This document shows positions 43,669 to 52,479 of a DNA stretch of 64,000 nucleotides, piece after piece. The position numbers and the translations under genes are program-made. Within the stretch, counting starts at the first letter, position 1; each line of letters starts with the position of its first letter. The notes below the pieces were generated by a model. That model saw only the letters and a list, made by a program, of their open reading frames with translations. It made no database searches and was not told where the DNA came from. Source of the stretch: Bacillota bacterium (GTDB lineage: Bacteria; Bacillota; Sulfobacillia; Sulfobacillales; JAIMBI01); NCBI GenBank assembly GCA_021846565.1, contig JAJZWS010000003.1, forward strand, positions 18,335-82,334. Direction: 5' to 3'.

Positions 43669-44970
43669 CTACGGCGATGGCGGCGGAAACACGAACGTGC
43701 CGCTCACCCCGTTCAGGGTGAGCGTGGTCGCTTGGGGACTGGCAAACGTTCCCACCACAGAGTAGGTGGCCGTTCCGGCCGCGCTCACAGCCAGGGGGAA
43801 GGTGGCGGGAATCCCCGTTACTGAAACGGAGCCGTCGGCGCCCGTAAGTGTGAAATCTCCGAGCACAGACTGAGCGGTCCATGTGGCGGTATCCGTTCCC
43901 GCGCCATTGGGAATGCCCGTGACGGAAATGTCCACCGTCGTTGGGTTTATCCGCGTGGCCTTCACCACCAGGATGCGCACCGCCGGCGGCAGGCTCTGGA
44001 CGACTTGCGCTTGGGACGCCACCAGCCAGACGGTGGCCGAGGACGCGGCCGGCGGGATGGTCACGGTGGTGATGGGGACGCCGCCGCCGGCCGGCTCCCA
44101 CTCGGCCGTTCCGGAGAGCCCCGAGAGGCTGGGCAGCTGGAAGATGCCGGGTGACGTGCCCAGAATGGGAATGGGGTTGCCGCCCGCGTCCACGTTGACG
44201 ATGGTTACCGCCACCGGCTGGTTGGCCGCGAGGTCAATGGGGTTGGTGGGGGAGATTTTGCCCCCCAGGTACTCGACGGAGGAGCCGGGGCCGGCGGCCA
44301 CGGACCAGCTCGCGACCGGGCTTTCCACCGCGCCGGCCGCATCGGCGGGTGCCGTGGGAGTTTTGGCATACACCACCACCCGATACGTGCCGGCCGACGG
44401 CATCGCGACGGTGTCGGTGCTGGCGCTGCCGTAGGCGCCGCCCGTCCACGTGCCCGCGGGACTCTCTATCCAAAACTGGTACTGAGCGTTCGGCAGGTTG
44501 GTGGCGGTGGCCGTGACAGTGGCGTTCTGGCCTTTCACAAAGGGACCGGACGGCGTAGAGACGGCGACGGTGCTGTCCACGTACAGCGCCGCCGGCGTGG
44601 TGGTGGCGGCCTGGCTCCAGTCGCCCGCCGCCACCTCGGCGGCGGTCATCACGTCCACCGCCACCACATAGCCTCCGGCCTGGGCGGGCGTGAGTGTGAA
44701 GGTAGACCGGGTGCTGTAGTTCTGAGCGTCCGTCCATTGACCCTGGGGATTCTCCACCCAAAACTGATAGAGCGCCGGCGCCGGCAGGTTGGCGGCCTCG
44801 GCCATGAACGTCACGGCGCCGCCGATGGGCGCCGTGTGGGCCGAGGACGACAGCGTGACCGAGAGGCCCGGGGCGGCCAGGGCCGGGGTGGCGGGCAAGG
44901 CCGCCAGCGCCGCCGCGGACAGGAGGCCCAGGGGCCAGACCCTCTGCTCCCAAGTGCGTGTTCGCGACAC
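43669..44970 (-). CDS. Secreted cell-surface protein with two tandem YQFW (Y_Y_Y-like Ig-fold) repeats plus a Thr/Gly-rich C-terminal beta-rich region
   Basis: 433-aa ORF (GTG start, RBS GAGGAGGAA). Signal peptide ...LLSAAALAALPATPALAAP. Repeats LYQFWVENPQGQWTDAQNY...GGYVVAVDV and QYQFWIESPAGTWTGGAYG...GTYRVVVYAK. Confidence 0.65.
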   Translation of the reverse strand: MSRTRTWEQRVWPLGLLSAAALAALPATPALAAPGLSVTLSSSAHTAPIGGAVTFMAEAANLPAPALYQFWVENPQGQWTDAQNYSTRSTFTLTPAQAGGYVVAVDVMTAAEVAAGDWSQAATTTPAALYVDSTVAVSTPSGPFVKGQNATVTATATNLPNAQYQFWIESPAGTWTGGAYGSASTDTVAMPSAGTYRVVVYAKTPTAPADAAGAVESPVASWSVAAGPGSSVEYLGGKISPTNPIDLAANQPVAVTIVNVDAGGNPIPILGTSPGIFQLPSLSGLSGTAEWEPAGGGVPITTVTIPPAASSATVWLVASQAQVVQSLPPAVRILVVKATRINPTTVDISVTGIPNGAGTDTATWTAQSVLGDFTLTGADGSVSVTGIPATFPLAVSAAGTATYSVVGTFASPQATTLTLNGVSGTFVFPPPSP

Positions 44971-45102
44971 GACAGATTCCTCCTCGGAGAGACTTCGGAG
45001 ATGTCCCCCGGGCGCGCCTCCCCATGTTTGCTCCCAGTATAGGGCGTGCTGGAAAAACCCCCAAGCCTATGTGCGGATTGGATGGCTCCGACCCCGGGTC
45101 CG

Positions 45103-47049
45103 CTATTGGGCGGGCAGGCTCTCGTCGGAGCAAGGCGTGGGAGATGTCGAGCGGAGCACCGTGGCCGCGGAGGCCGCGGGGATGGGGACCGCGCGTTCGA
45201 CAAACACGCGGTGCCACATGAGATAGGTGAGCACGGTCCACAGTTTTCTATCCTCGGTGGGAAAGCGCCGCGGGCCGGCTAAAAGGCTTCGCACGGGGTC
45301 CCGCCGCAGCAGGGTGTCGGTGGACGAGGCCACCAGATCTTCCGCCAGCGGCCGCAGGTCTTGTGTAAGCCACTGCCGGAGCGGGACCGGGAAGCCAAGC
45401 TTGGGCTGATGCGTGATTTCGTCGGGCAGCAGATCGGACACCGCGTCGCGCAGCGCGCGCTTGAAGGCACCCCCCGCCAGCTCCAGGCTCGCGGGAATGT
45501 TGCGGGCCACATCCCACACCACCCGGTCGAGATACGGCACGCGTTGCTCGAGAGAATGGGCCATGGACATTTTATCGGCCTTCTGCAGGATGTCCCCCGC
45601 CAGCCAGAAGTGCAGATCCACGGCCTGCATGCGGGTGGGGCCGGGAAGATGGAGCGTGTCCTCGTATACACCGGCGGTGAGCGACCACGACGGCGGCACC
45701 GGGCGCTCGAGAGCGCCGTCGGCCAACAGGCTCGCCTTCTCGGCCTCCCGAAAAATACGGGCGTTGCCCAAAAACCGCTGTGTTAAAGGCGTGGTGCCCC
45801 GCTGAATCAGGCTTTTGCCCCGTATGCCGTCCGGCAGGCGGTTCGCCAGCGCAGAGAGTCCGCGCGCCACGACGGGCGGAATGCGGTCGAACGCCTCCAG
45901 CGACAGCGGTTCCTGGTAGATGGCGTATCCGCAGAACAGTTCGTCCGCCCCTTCGCCGGACAGGACCACCTTGACGTGCCGGCGGGCCTCGTCCGCTAGG
46001 AAGTAGAGGGCGGGGGCACTGGGATCGGCCACCGGGTCGCCCTGCGCCCGCACGATGTCTTCCCAGCGGTCCGCGTAGTCCCGGGCGGTGACGTACAGCT
46101 CGTGGTGCCGACTGCCCAGCGCCTGGGCCGTGCGCCGCGCCCGCGGCAGTTCGTCCCGCTCGGGGGTGGCGCCCGCAAACCCGATGGAAAAGCTGTCAAC
46201 CTCCTGGTGCTTCTTCATGAGCGCCACGACCGCACTCGAGTCGATGCCCCCCGATAGATACGCACCGACCGGCACATCGCTCACCAGATGCGCGGCCACC
46301 GATTCTTCGAGCGCCGCGCGGACGGCCGCGGCGGCGCGCTCGCGCGTCCAGTCCTCGTCGGGCGCGAACGTGAGCTCGGCGTAGCGGTCCTCCGCCCGGG
46401 CGCCGCGGCGCCAGCTCTGGGAGGCGCCGGGTTTTACCTGACGGATGCCCTGCCATAGCGTGGCCGGCCCGGGGACGTACTGGAACGTGAGATAGTGCCA
46501 CAGCGACACCGGGTCCACGCGGGCAGGGACGCCGGCGGCCACCAGCGCATCCGCCTGGGACGCGAACCAAAAGCCCTCGCGGGTTTCGGCTACGTAAAGC
46601 GGCTTGATGCCAAACGGGTCGCGGGCCACGTGCAGCGTGTCGGAGCGCCCGTCGTAAATAGCCAGCGCAAACATGCCGCGCAGTGTGCGCAGCAAGCCAT
46701 CCAGGCCCAGCTCCTCATAAAGATGCGGGATGACTTCGGCGTCGCAGTGGCCATAAAGCTTATGGCCCGAGACCACCACGCGCTGCTTCAGCTCCGCGTA
46801 GTTGTACAACTCGCCGTTCATCACGGACCACACCTGGCCGTCCTCGCTGACCATCGGCTGCTGGCCGCCCTCGAGGTCGCGAATCGCCAGGCGCCGAAAC
46901 GCAAGGCCGACGCCGGGGCCCACCTTTTGGCCGGCTCCGTCGGGACCCCGATGAATCATCGTGGCCTGCATCGCGTCCAACATGGCCGGGATGGCCCGCT
47001 GACGCGACTCGGCGGGGTCCACGCTCATATAGCCCGCAATGCCGCACAC
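45103..47049 (-). CDS. asnB: Asparagine synthase (glutamine-hydrolysing)
   Basis: 648-aa ORF. The N-terminus is MCGIAGY, giving the Ntn nucleophile Cys2. It carries MNGELYNY, the SGGIDSS PP-loop and SLEQRVPYLD. Confidence 0.85.
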   Translation of the reverse strand: MCGIAGYMSVDPAESRQRAIPAMLDAMQATMIHRGPDGAGQKVGPGVGLAFRRLAIRDLEGGQQPMVSEDGQVWSVMNGELYNYAELKQRVVVSGHKLYGHCDAEVIPHLYEELGLDGLLRTLRGMFALAIYDGRSDTLHVARDPFGIKPLYVAETREGFWFASQADALVAAGVPARVDPVSLWHYLTFQYVPGPATLWQGIRQVKPGASQSWRRGARAEDRYAELTFAPDEDWTRERAAAAVRAALEESVAAHLVSDVPVGAYLSGGIDSSAVVALMKKHQEVDSFSIGFAGATPERDELPRARRTAQALGSRHHELYVTARDYADRWEDIVRAQGDPVADPSAPALYFLADEARRHVKVVLSGEGADELFCGYAIYQEPLSLEAFDRIPPVVARGLSALANRLPDGIRGKSLIQRGTTPLTQRFLGNARIFREAEKASLLADGALERPVPPSWSLTAGVYEDTLHLPGPTRMQAVDLHFWLAGDILQKADKMSMAHSLEQRVPYLDRVVWDVARNIPASLELAGGAFKRALRDAVSDLLPDEITHQPKLGFPVPLRQWLTQDLRPLAEDLVASSTDTLLRRDPVRSLLAGPRRFPTEDRKLWTVLTYLMWHRVFVERAVPIPAASAATVLRSTSPTPCSDESLPAQ

Positions 47050-47180
47050 AAAACGTGCCCCCTCGTTGCTTGGTTGCCGACTCTAGCCGATGGTGCCGCC
47101 CTCGCTAGGGTCGCCCGCGCGGCTAAGAGCCCGAGCGGCGACAAATAAGGGAAGTCTAACACATGGGTCCAGCCGGGTGG

Positions 47181-48350
47181 CTACCGGCTCGCCGCCACCT
47201 GGGCGATGGCGGCGCGCGCACGCGCCAGGTCGTCCTCGTTGTTGAAATACGCGACCGAGAAGCGCACGCCGTCCAGGTGGGGCCGCAGCACCCGACGGCC
47301 CACCACCCCGGCCGCCAGCAGCTGCTGGTACACGCGGTCGCCCGCCAGGCCGTCCACCGAGACGGTGACGATGCCGCCCAAGGGCTCGGGCGAGCGCACC
47401 GTCACGCCGGGCACTGCGGCCAGCGTGCCGCGCAGGAGGCCGGCCAGCTCCCGTTGCCGGGCGCAAGGGTCGCTGGGCAGGCCGGCACGGTACGCCACCA
47501 CGTCGCCCCACGCCACCCACGCGGGCCAGTTGCGCGTGCCGTACTCGAAGCGGCGCCCGTCCGTCGGCCGGGTTTCCGTCCAAGCCGCGGGATACCCGCT
47601 CGACCAGCCGGCACCGTCCCCGGTGTAGGTGAGCGCAATGCGGGCTGCCGCGTCGGGGGCGAGGTACAGTCCCCCCGACCCCGCCGGCGCGCCCATCCAC
47701 TTGTGCCCGTTGAACGGATAGAAATCCATGCCCCACGCGTCGAGGGCCAAAGGCATCTGGCCCGGCGTCTGCGCGCCGTCCAGCATCACCAGCACCCCGC
47801 GACGGTGTGCCGCGTCCGTGAGCGCCCGGGCGTCAAAAACTGCACCGGTTTCACACGACATGTGCGAAAGCGCCAAGAGCGTCGTGGGGGCCTGGTCCAT
47901 TGCCGCGGCGAGCCGCGCCACGAGCTCCGGTCCCCCCTGGCCAAACGGCACCACGTCCACCGTGATGCCCCGCTGGGCCAGCTGGGTCAGCGGCCCCACG
48001 AGTGCGCCATGCTCTTCGTCCGTCGTGATGATGCGGGCGTCGCTGGGCAGACGCAGGCCCACCAGCACCACGTTGATGGCATCGGTGACGTTGCCAAACA
48101 GCGACAGGCTTTCGGGGCCGCAGCCAAACTCGGTGGCCAGGGTGGCCCGGGCGGTTTCCACACGGTTTCGCCACCCGATGTACCCGTCGGGCGAGCCGGG
48201 ACCACCGGCGTTCCACTGCCGCATGGCCGCGAGATACCGCTCCATCACGGGGGTAGCGACCGGCCCCAGCGTGCCGGTGTTCAGAAATACGCGTGCGTCG
48301 GTGCAGGGAAAGTCGCGGCGCACCACGGCCCAGTGGTCCAGCGTCAACAC
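47181..48350 (-). CDS. Class V aminotransferase-fold PLP enzyme (cysteine desulfurase / isopenicillin-N epimerase-like)
   Basis: 389-aa ORF with FLNTGTLGP, ALSHMSCETG, LDGAQTPG and FNGHKWMGAPAGSGGLY (PLP Lys). Confidence 0.75.
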   Translation of the reverse strand: MLTLDHWAVVRRDFPCTDARVFLNTGTLGPVATPVMERYLAAMRQWNAGGPGSPDGYIGWRNRVETARATLATEFGCGPESLSLFGNVTDAINVVLVGLRLPSDARIITTDEEHGALVGPLTQLAQRGITVDVVPFGQGGPELVARLAAAMDQAPTTLLALSHMSCETGAVFDARALTDAAHRRGVLVMLDGAQTPGQMPLALDAWGMDFYPFNGHKWMGAPAGSGGLYLAPDAAARIALTYTGDGAGWSSGYPAAWTETRPTDGRRFEYGTRNWPAWVAWGDVVAYRAGLPSDPCARQRELAGLLRGTLAAVPGVTVRSPEPLGGIVTVSVDGLAGDRVYQQLLAAGVVGRRVLRPHLDGVRFSVAYFNNEDDLARARAAIAQVAASR

Positions 48351-48392
48351 CTCATTTAAGATTTCGCCTAATCGAACAAGATCTGGAACCGG

Positions 48393-49664
48393 CTACACGG
48401 CCGGCGGCCGTGTCACCTGCTTGCCCGCGGGGGCACGCGTGCGCTTGAGCCCTTCGTCCATATGGCCAAACAGACGGCCATACAAAAGGGCGTAGCTCAA
48501 CTGCAGGCCCGCGCCCAGGAAAAACGGCAGCGTCAGGTTGCCGTCTTCCATCAGGTAACCGGCCACCGTGGGTCCCACCGAGGCAGGCATGCGCATGGAG
48601 GCCATGTTGTAGCTGGCCGCCACCCCCCGCCGCTCATCGCGCGTGAGGCTCTGCGACACGGCCTGCCGAGCTCCCACGGACCCGCGGTTCATCAGGGAGC
48701 GGGTGAAGTAAAACACGGATGCCCAGACAAAATTGCCCATCAGCGCCATGGCCACCAGCATGGCGACGCCCACCAGCCGGATGGACACGACGGATCGGAC
48801 CGGGCCCAGTCGCTCGGCCATCGCGCCCGTGGCCAGGTTGGAAAAACCCGTGGCCACAAACGACACCGCCATCAGGCCGCCGATGGCGGCAGGGCCTACG
48901 CCGAAGCGCACGGCGAACCAGTAGGACACCAATGGGCCGGTGAGGCCCACCGCGAAGCCGTTTAACGCGTTGGTGGCCGACAGGCGCAAGAGCGCCCGGT
49001 TCTCCTCATGCGTGAGGGCGCTCGCGTTTGCCTGGGCGGCCGCGGTCACGTGCGTCGGGCGCTCGTAGTCTTCCTTCAGCGGCGACAGCATGAACAAGTT
49101 GACGGCGGACCCCAAAAACACGAGCGCGAACAACGGTCGGAAGGCAGCCGCCCCCGAGAGCCAGGGGTGAAAAAGCCCCACCATCCCCGCCATGGCTGCC
49201 CCGAGGCCCATACCCACGAATCCGATGGCGGCGTTCTGACTGAAGAGGCGGCTCCGCAAGGTCGCGGGCACCGTCCGAGTCAGCCAGGCCTGCTCCGCCG
49301 GCCCGAAGGGGCCTGCGCCGCCATTTTGACCGCGTCCGAAGCTGCCCACCATCGCCGCTGCCACAATGATCCAGGAACTGGTGATAAAGGTCACGGCGAG
49401 GGCGGACGCCACGGTGATCGATTCATAAATCAAAATGAAGGATTTGCGGCCGTACCGGTCGGACAGGTAGCCCACGCCCAGCCCCAGCCCGGCACCCACC
49501 AAGCCGGACGCGGTGAGCAACAGCCCGATGCTGCCGGCCGTCCAGTGCAGCGCCCGCAGGTACAGGGCAAAGTTCACCACGAGCATGCCCTGGCCCAAGC
49601 TCCGGAGGCCGCGCGCATACATCAGCCGACGCGCCGCCGGAACGTAGGCCAAGAAGGTGCGCAC
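48393..49664 (-). CDS. MFS transporter
   Basis: ORF 48393..50180, trimmed to the GTG at 49664 (VRTFLAYVPAARRL...), 2 nt after the MarR stop. It has 12 hydrophobic segments and GYLSDRYGRK. Confidence 0.7.
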   Translation of the reverse strand: MRTFLAYVPAARRLMYARGLRSLGQGMLVVNFALYLRALHWTAGSIGLLLTASGLVGAGLGLGVGYLSDRYGRKSFILIYESITVASALAVTFITSSWIIVAAAMVGSFGRGQNGGAGPFGPAEQAWLTRTVPATLRSRLFSQNAAIGFVGMGLGAAMAGMVGLFHPWLSGAAAFRPLFALVFLGSAVNLFMLSPLKEDYERPTHVTAAAQANASALTHEENRALLRLSATNALNGFAVGLTGPLVSYWFAVRFGVGPAAIGGLMAVSFVATGFSNLATGAMAERLGPVRSVVSIRLVGVAMLVAMALMGNFVWASVFYFTRSLMNRGSVGARQAVSQSLTRDERRGVAASYNMASMRMPASVGPTVAGYLMEDGNLTLPFFLGAGLQLSYALLYGRLFGHMDEGLKRTRAPAGKQVTRPPAV

Positions 49665-49666
49665 CG

Positions 49667-50215
49667 TTAGCCCTTCAGCGCCAGCGGGGGAGTGGCCTCG
49701 TGACGACGTCGGCGGCACTGCTTGGGGGGCGCCATCCGTTCCAGCACGACCAGCCATGCGGCCAACTCGGCCGACGGCAGGGCTTCGGCCAGCGTGGCCA
49801 AGCGGGCCACGTGAGCCGTGAACGCCTCCTGCACCGCCTGGCGGCCACTCGGGGTCAGCGACGCCGCCACCTGGCGCAGGTCGTCGGTGGCCCGGGTGCG
49901 CGACACGAACCCCGCCAGCTCCAGTTTGTCCAGCATGCGGGTCGCCCCGGCCGTGGAAATGTCCAACCGTTCCGCCAGCGCCCCCACCAGCACCGGTCCA
50001 TCCAACAGACGTCGCAGCATGGCCCATTGGGAATGGGTCAGAGGGCCCCACTCTCGCCCCAGCCGCCGCGTCAGTCGATCGAGGCTTTCGGCCATGCGCC
50101 GCAACAGCGCATCCCGGTCCACGACCAAGGGGCGGTTGGCCAGCAGCGGGGGCTCTCCCGCGCCACCGTCCTCGCTCCACTCCGCCCAGGCATTCTCCAT
50201 GTCGGCCATGTGCAT
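49667..50215 (-). CDS. MarR-family transcriptional regulator
   Basis: 182-aa ORF. LTHSQWAMLRRLLDGPVLVGALAERLDISTAGATRMLDKLELAGFVSRTRATDDLRQVAASLTPSGR is a MarR wHTH core. Confidence 0.8.
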   Translation of the reverse strand: MHMADMENAWAEWSEDGGAGEPPLLANRPLVVDRDALLRRMAESLDRLTRRLGREWGPLTHSQWAMLRRLLDGPVLVGALAERLDISTAGATRMLDKLELAGFVSRTRATDDLRQVAASLTPSGRQAVQEAFTAHVARLATLAEALPSAELAAWLVVLERMAPPKQCRRRRHEATPPLALKG

Positions 50216-50246
50216 TCCCCCTTCTGGCTACGGACGGACCGCATAC

Positions 50247-50294
50247 CCGTTAACCGGCTTGCCGTTAACCAGATTAACGATGACAGTTTAGCAC
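50247..50294 (-). promoter_or_regulatory. Candidate MarR operator (repeated GTTAAC-containing boxes) with an extended -10 promoter
   Basis: CCGTTAACC occurs at 50247-50255 and 50262-50270, plus GATTAAC at 50272-50278. On the minus strand TGCTAAACT (extended -10, 50294-50286) lies just upstream of the boxes, about 70 nt before the ATG at 50215. Confidence 0.45.
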
Positions 50295-50307
50295 ACGCGG
50301 CGCGTGG

Positions 50308-51516
50308 CTACGCCACCCAATGTGCTGTGGCGAACAGGGAAATCAGGACGGCGCCTGCGGCGCCGGCCAGCCAGAGGTAGGCGTAAATGGCGCGGGGGCG
50401 GCGGCAGAACCAGTCGCCGAGCCCCATGAACAGCGGCCAGGCCGCCAGCATGAGGCGCGGAAAGGACATGAGCGGCACCCCGGCCGACGGGTCAAACACC
50501 GGCAGCAGCAAGATGCCCAGAGCGTAGAGCCAGTAAGGCGCCGGCAGGCGCCGAATGGCCAGCACCATCAGCAAAACGGCCGCCACGAGAAACACCAGGT
50601 TCCACACGTTAGAGAGACTGTCGACGGGCTGATGCGTGTTGAAAAGATGCCGAAACGAGAGGACGAGCGGGAGATAATGCAGAAACTGGATGACGGCCTG
50701 GGCGCCCGTGAACCAGGGGGCATGCAGGGCCCGGCCCCAGTAGCCCTGCACGGACTGGAACTGCAGTGCATTGTGCAGCCGCCACTGTAGGAGGCCCATG
50801 TACGCCAAGACCCCGGAGGGTACCAGTCCGAGCGTGAGCCAACGGGCCCAGGGCTCCCGGCGGGACCAGAGGTAATACAGCAGCGGGATGCCCAAAAACA
50901 GGGCGTCGACGCTGGCGAAGCCCGCCACCCCGGCCAAGACCCCCGCCCAGCCATAGCGGTGCTGGCGGGCGCAGCGAAAGCTGGCCACGGTTAAAAGCAG
51001 CACCAGCGCTTCGGGATAAAGGGCATTGTAGTAAAACGCCGTCGGAAAGAACGCCAGCGCCAAGACCGCGCCCCACGCGGCGCCGCTCGACAGCTCGGCC
51101 TCGGCCAGGCGGTACAGCAGCACAGCGCCCGCGGTGTAACAGGCCACAGAAAACAGGAGGCCCAACAGCACGGAGTCGCCCAACAAGCGCAGCAGGTAGG
51201 GATACAGCGGGAAAAATGCCGCCGCCAGCGGTCGGCCCGCGTATCCCAGGTGCGCGATGGACAAGTACCAGTACCCGTCCCAGTGGGCCCACGGGCCCAC
51301 GAGCGTCTGAAACCAAAAATTGCCGGCGGGCGGCTGATACCCCGCCACCTCCTGCAGCCAGGCGTGTGGGAGGTACAAAAACGCCAGCCCGCCCACTTCC
51401 AGGGCCAAAAGACGCGCCAATAGCGCGGCCCCCACCACCATGAGGGTGGTGCGGGTGGTGGCGTGCGTCCACACCGTGGACCACCCTGCCGACGAGGGGG
51501 CGGTCGCCCGGCTCAT
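50308..51516 (-). CDS. Polytopic GT-C-type membrane glycosyltransferase (PIG-V / mannosyltransferase-2-like)
   Basis: 402-aa ORF with about 10 TM segments. WAHWDGYWYLSIAHLGYAGRPLAAAFFPLYPYLLRLLG matches the signature of bacterial PIG-V-like mannosyltransferases as I remember it. Confidence 0.55.
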   Translation of the reverse strand: MSRATAPSSAGWSTVWTHATTRTTLMVVGAALLARLLALEVGGLAFLYLPHAWLQEVAGYQPPAGNFWFQTLVGPWAHWDGYWYLSIAHLGYAGRPLAAAFFPLYPYLLRLLGDSVLLGLLFSVACYTAGAVLLYRLAEAELSSGAAWGAVLALAFFPTAFYYNALYPEALVLLLTVASFRCARQHRYGWAGVLAGVAGFASVDALFLGIPLLYYLWSRREPWARWLTLGLVPSGVLAYMGLLQWRLHNALQFQSVQGYWGRALHAPWFTGAQAVIQFLHYLPLVLSFRHLFNTHQPVDSLSNVWNLVFLVAAVLLMVLAIRRLPAPYWLYALGILLLPVFDPSAGVPLMSFPRLMLAAWPLFMGLGDWFCRRPRAIYAYLWLAGAAGAVLISLFATAHWVA

Positions 51517-52322
51517 CGGGCCACGCTCCGGAGATGCTTCCAGGGCACGACCCGGAGCGAGTCGCTGCGAATATAGGTGCCCAGCAGAAACAGCTGCTCG
51601 AGCGACAGGTTGGTTTTCGCCCCGGATTCCACCCGCTGGGCAGAGGCGGCATTGCGCGGCCCGAGCTGCGGCAGCTCGGTGAGCAGGTCCTGAAAGAGGG
51701 CCGCCTGGCCCCGCTGCACGGTGCTACCGGTGGGCCAGCCCAGGCGCTGGAGTGCCACGTCCGGCGAAATCGTGCGGGGCCAGCCGCGGACGCTGGTGGC
51801 CAGCGCCTGCAACAGGTCGGCCACCGCCGGTTCCTGCACCACCAGATAGCCGGACAGACGAACGTGGGCGGCCCGGCCCACATCGCGGGCCAGCGTGGTC
51901 GGTGGCAGCGTGCCGGCGGCCAGCCACAGAGGATCGTGAGGGGCGGCCGCGAGGGACCCGGGGACGGGCACCACGTTCCACGTGCTGCCGTTGCCGTGAA
52001 TGACCACGACAAATCCGGCGAATCCGGGTTCGCCTGCCGGCGGCGCCAGTGCCACCAGCACCGACCGCGGGCTGCTGGTCAACCCATTCACGCCACGGTT
52101 GGGGTGCAGGAGCGCGCTGACGAGCAACACCGCACCCACCAGCGCCAGCGCGCCGCCCCACCACAGGAGGCGCGGTGCCGGCCGGCGCTCGGTCGGCTGC
52201 CTTTGGTACAGCACCCGCTCACGTTCCTCCCTGGACGCGGGTCCACGGGCCGCAACCTGAGGATCCTGGCCCCGCCGCAGCCCGTCCCAGACCGGCGCGA
52301 CGCGTCGCACCGGCCAATGCAC
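51513..52322 (-). CDS. Membrane-anchored extracytoplasmic protein with weak LCP (LytR/CpsA/Psr)-like features
   Basis: 269-aa ORF. Its stop overlaps the downstream start (ATGA). Single TM LLWWGGALALVGAVLLVSALL. The region VLVALAPPAGE...FVVVIHGNGSTWNVVPVPGS...VRLSGYLVVQEPAVADLLQAL only loosely resembles LCP domains. Confidence 0.4.
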   Translation of the reverse strand: MHWPVRRVAPVWDGLRRGQDPQVAARGPASREERERVLYQRQPTERRPAPRLLWWGGALALVGAVLLVSALLHPNRGVNGLTSSPRSVLVALAPPAGEPGFAGFVVVIHGNGSTWNVVPVPGSLAAAPHDPLWLAAGTLPPTTLARDVGRAAHVRLSGYLVVQEPAVADLLQALATSVRGWPRTISPDVALQRLGWPTGSTVQRGQAALFQDLLTELPQLGPRNAASAQRVESGAKTNLSLEQLFLLGTYIRSDSLRVVPWKHLRSVAR

Positions 52323-52380
52323 CGGGGACCGGACGCATCTTGGTGGGGCAGAGCGCCCTCGATTCAGTCATAGAACCTAT

Positions 52381-52409
52381 ATTGAAGGGTCTGTCCGCGT
52401 GCCTGTCAA
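52381..52409 (-). promoter_or_regulatory. Sigma-70-type promoter candidate for the LCP-like/GT-C operon
   Basis: On the minus strand: TTGACA (52409-52404), 17 nt spacer, TTCAAT (52386-52381). It lies about 55 nt upstream of the ATG at 52322. Confidence 0.45.
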
Positions 52410-52479
52410 ATCTGGCACTGGGATATATGGAAGAATGAGCCTCTGGCGTCGTGGAGCTAGCATGCCGCGCCGTCCGCTT

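Noticed and set aside
45103-47049. Asparagine-synthase homologue as a possible lasso-peptide cyclase
   Set aside because: It keeps the MCGIAGY N-terminal glutaminase nucleophile and has the full AsnB length. No precursor peptide, transglutaminase-like B protein or RRE gene lies nearby. Ordinary AsnB is the simpler call.
48393-50180. 595-aa ORF that would extend the MFS transporter by about 170 aa
   Set aside because: The extension overlaps the MarR gene in another frame and is Gly/Ala/Arg/Pro-rich. The MFS hydrophobic core starts right after the GTG at 49664, 2 nt after the MarR stop.
52413-52430. TGGCAC-N5-TATAT as a sigma-54 promoter on the plus strand
   Set aside because: The -12 element does not match TTGC. 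No enhancer-binding protein or suitable downstream plus-strand gene is present.
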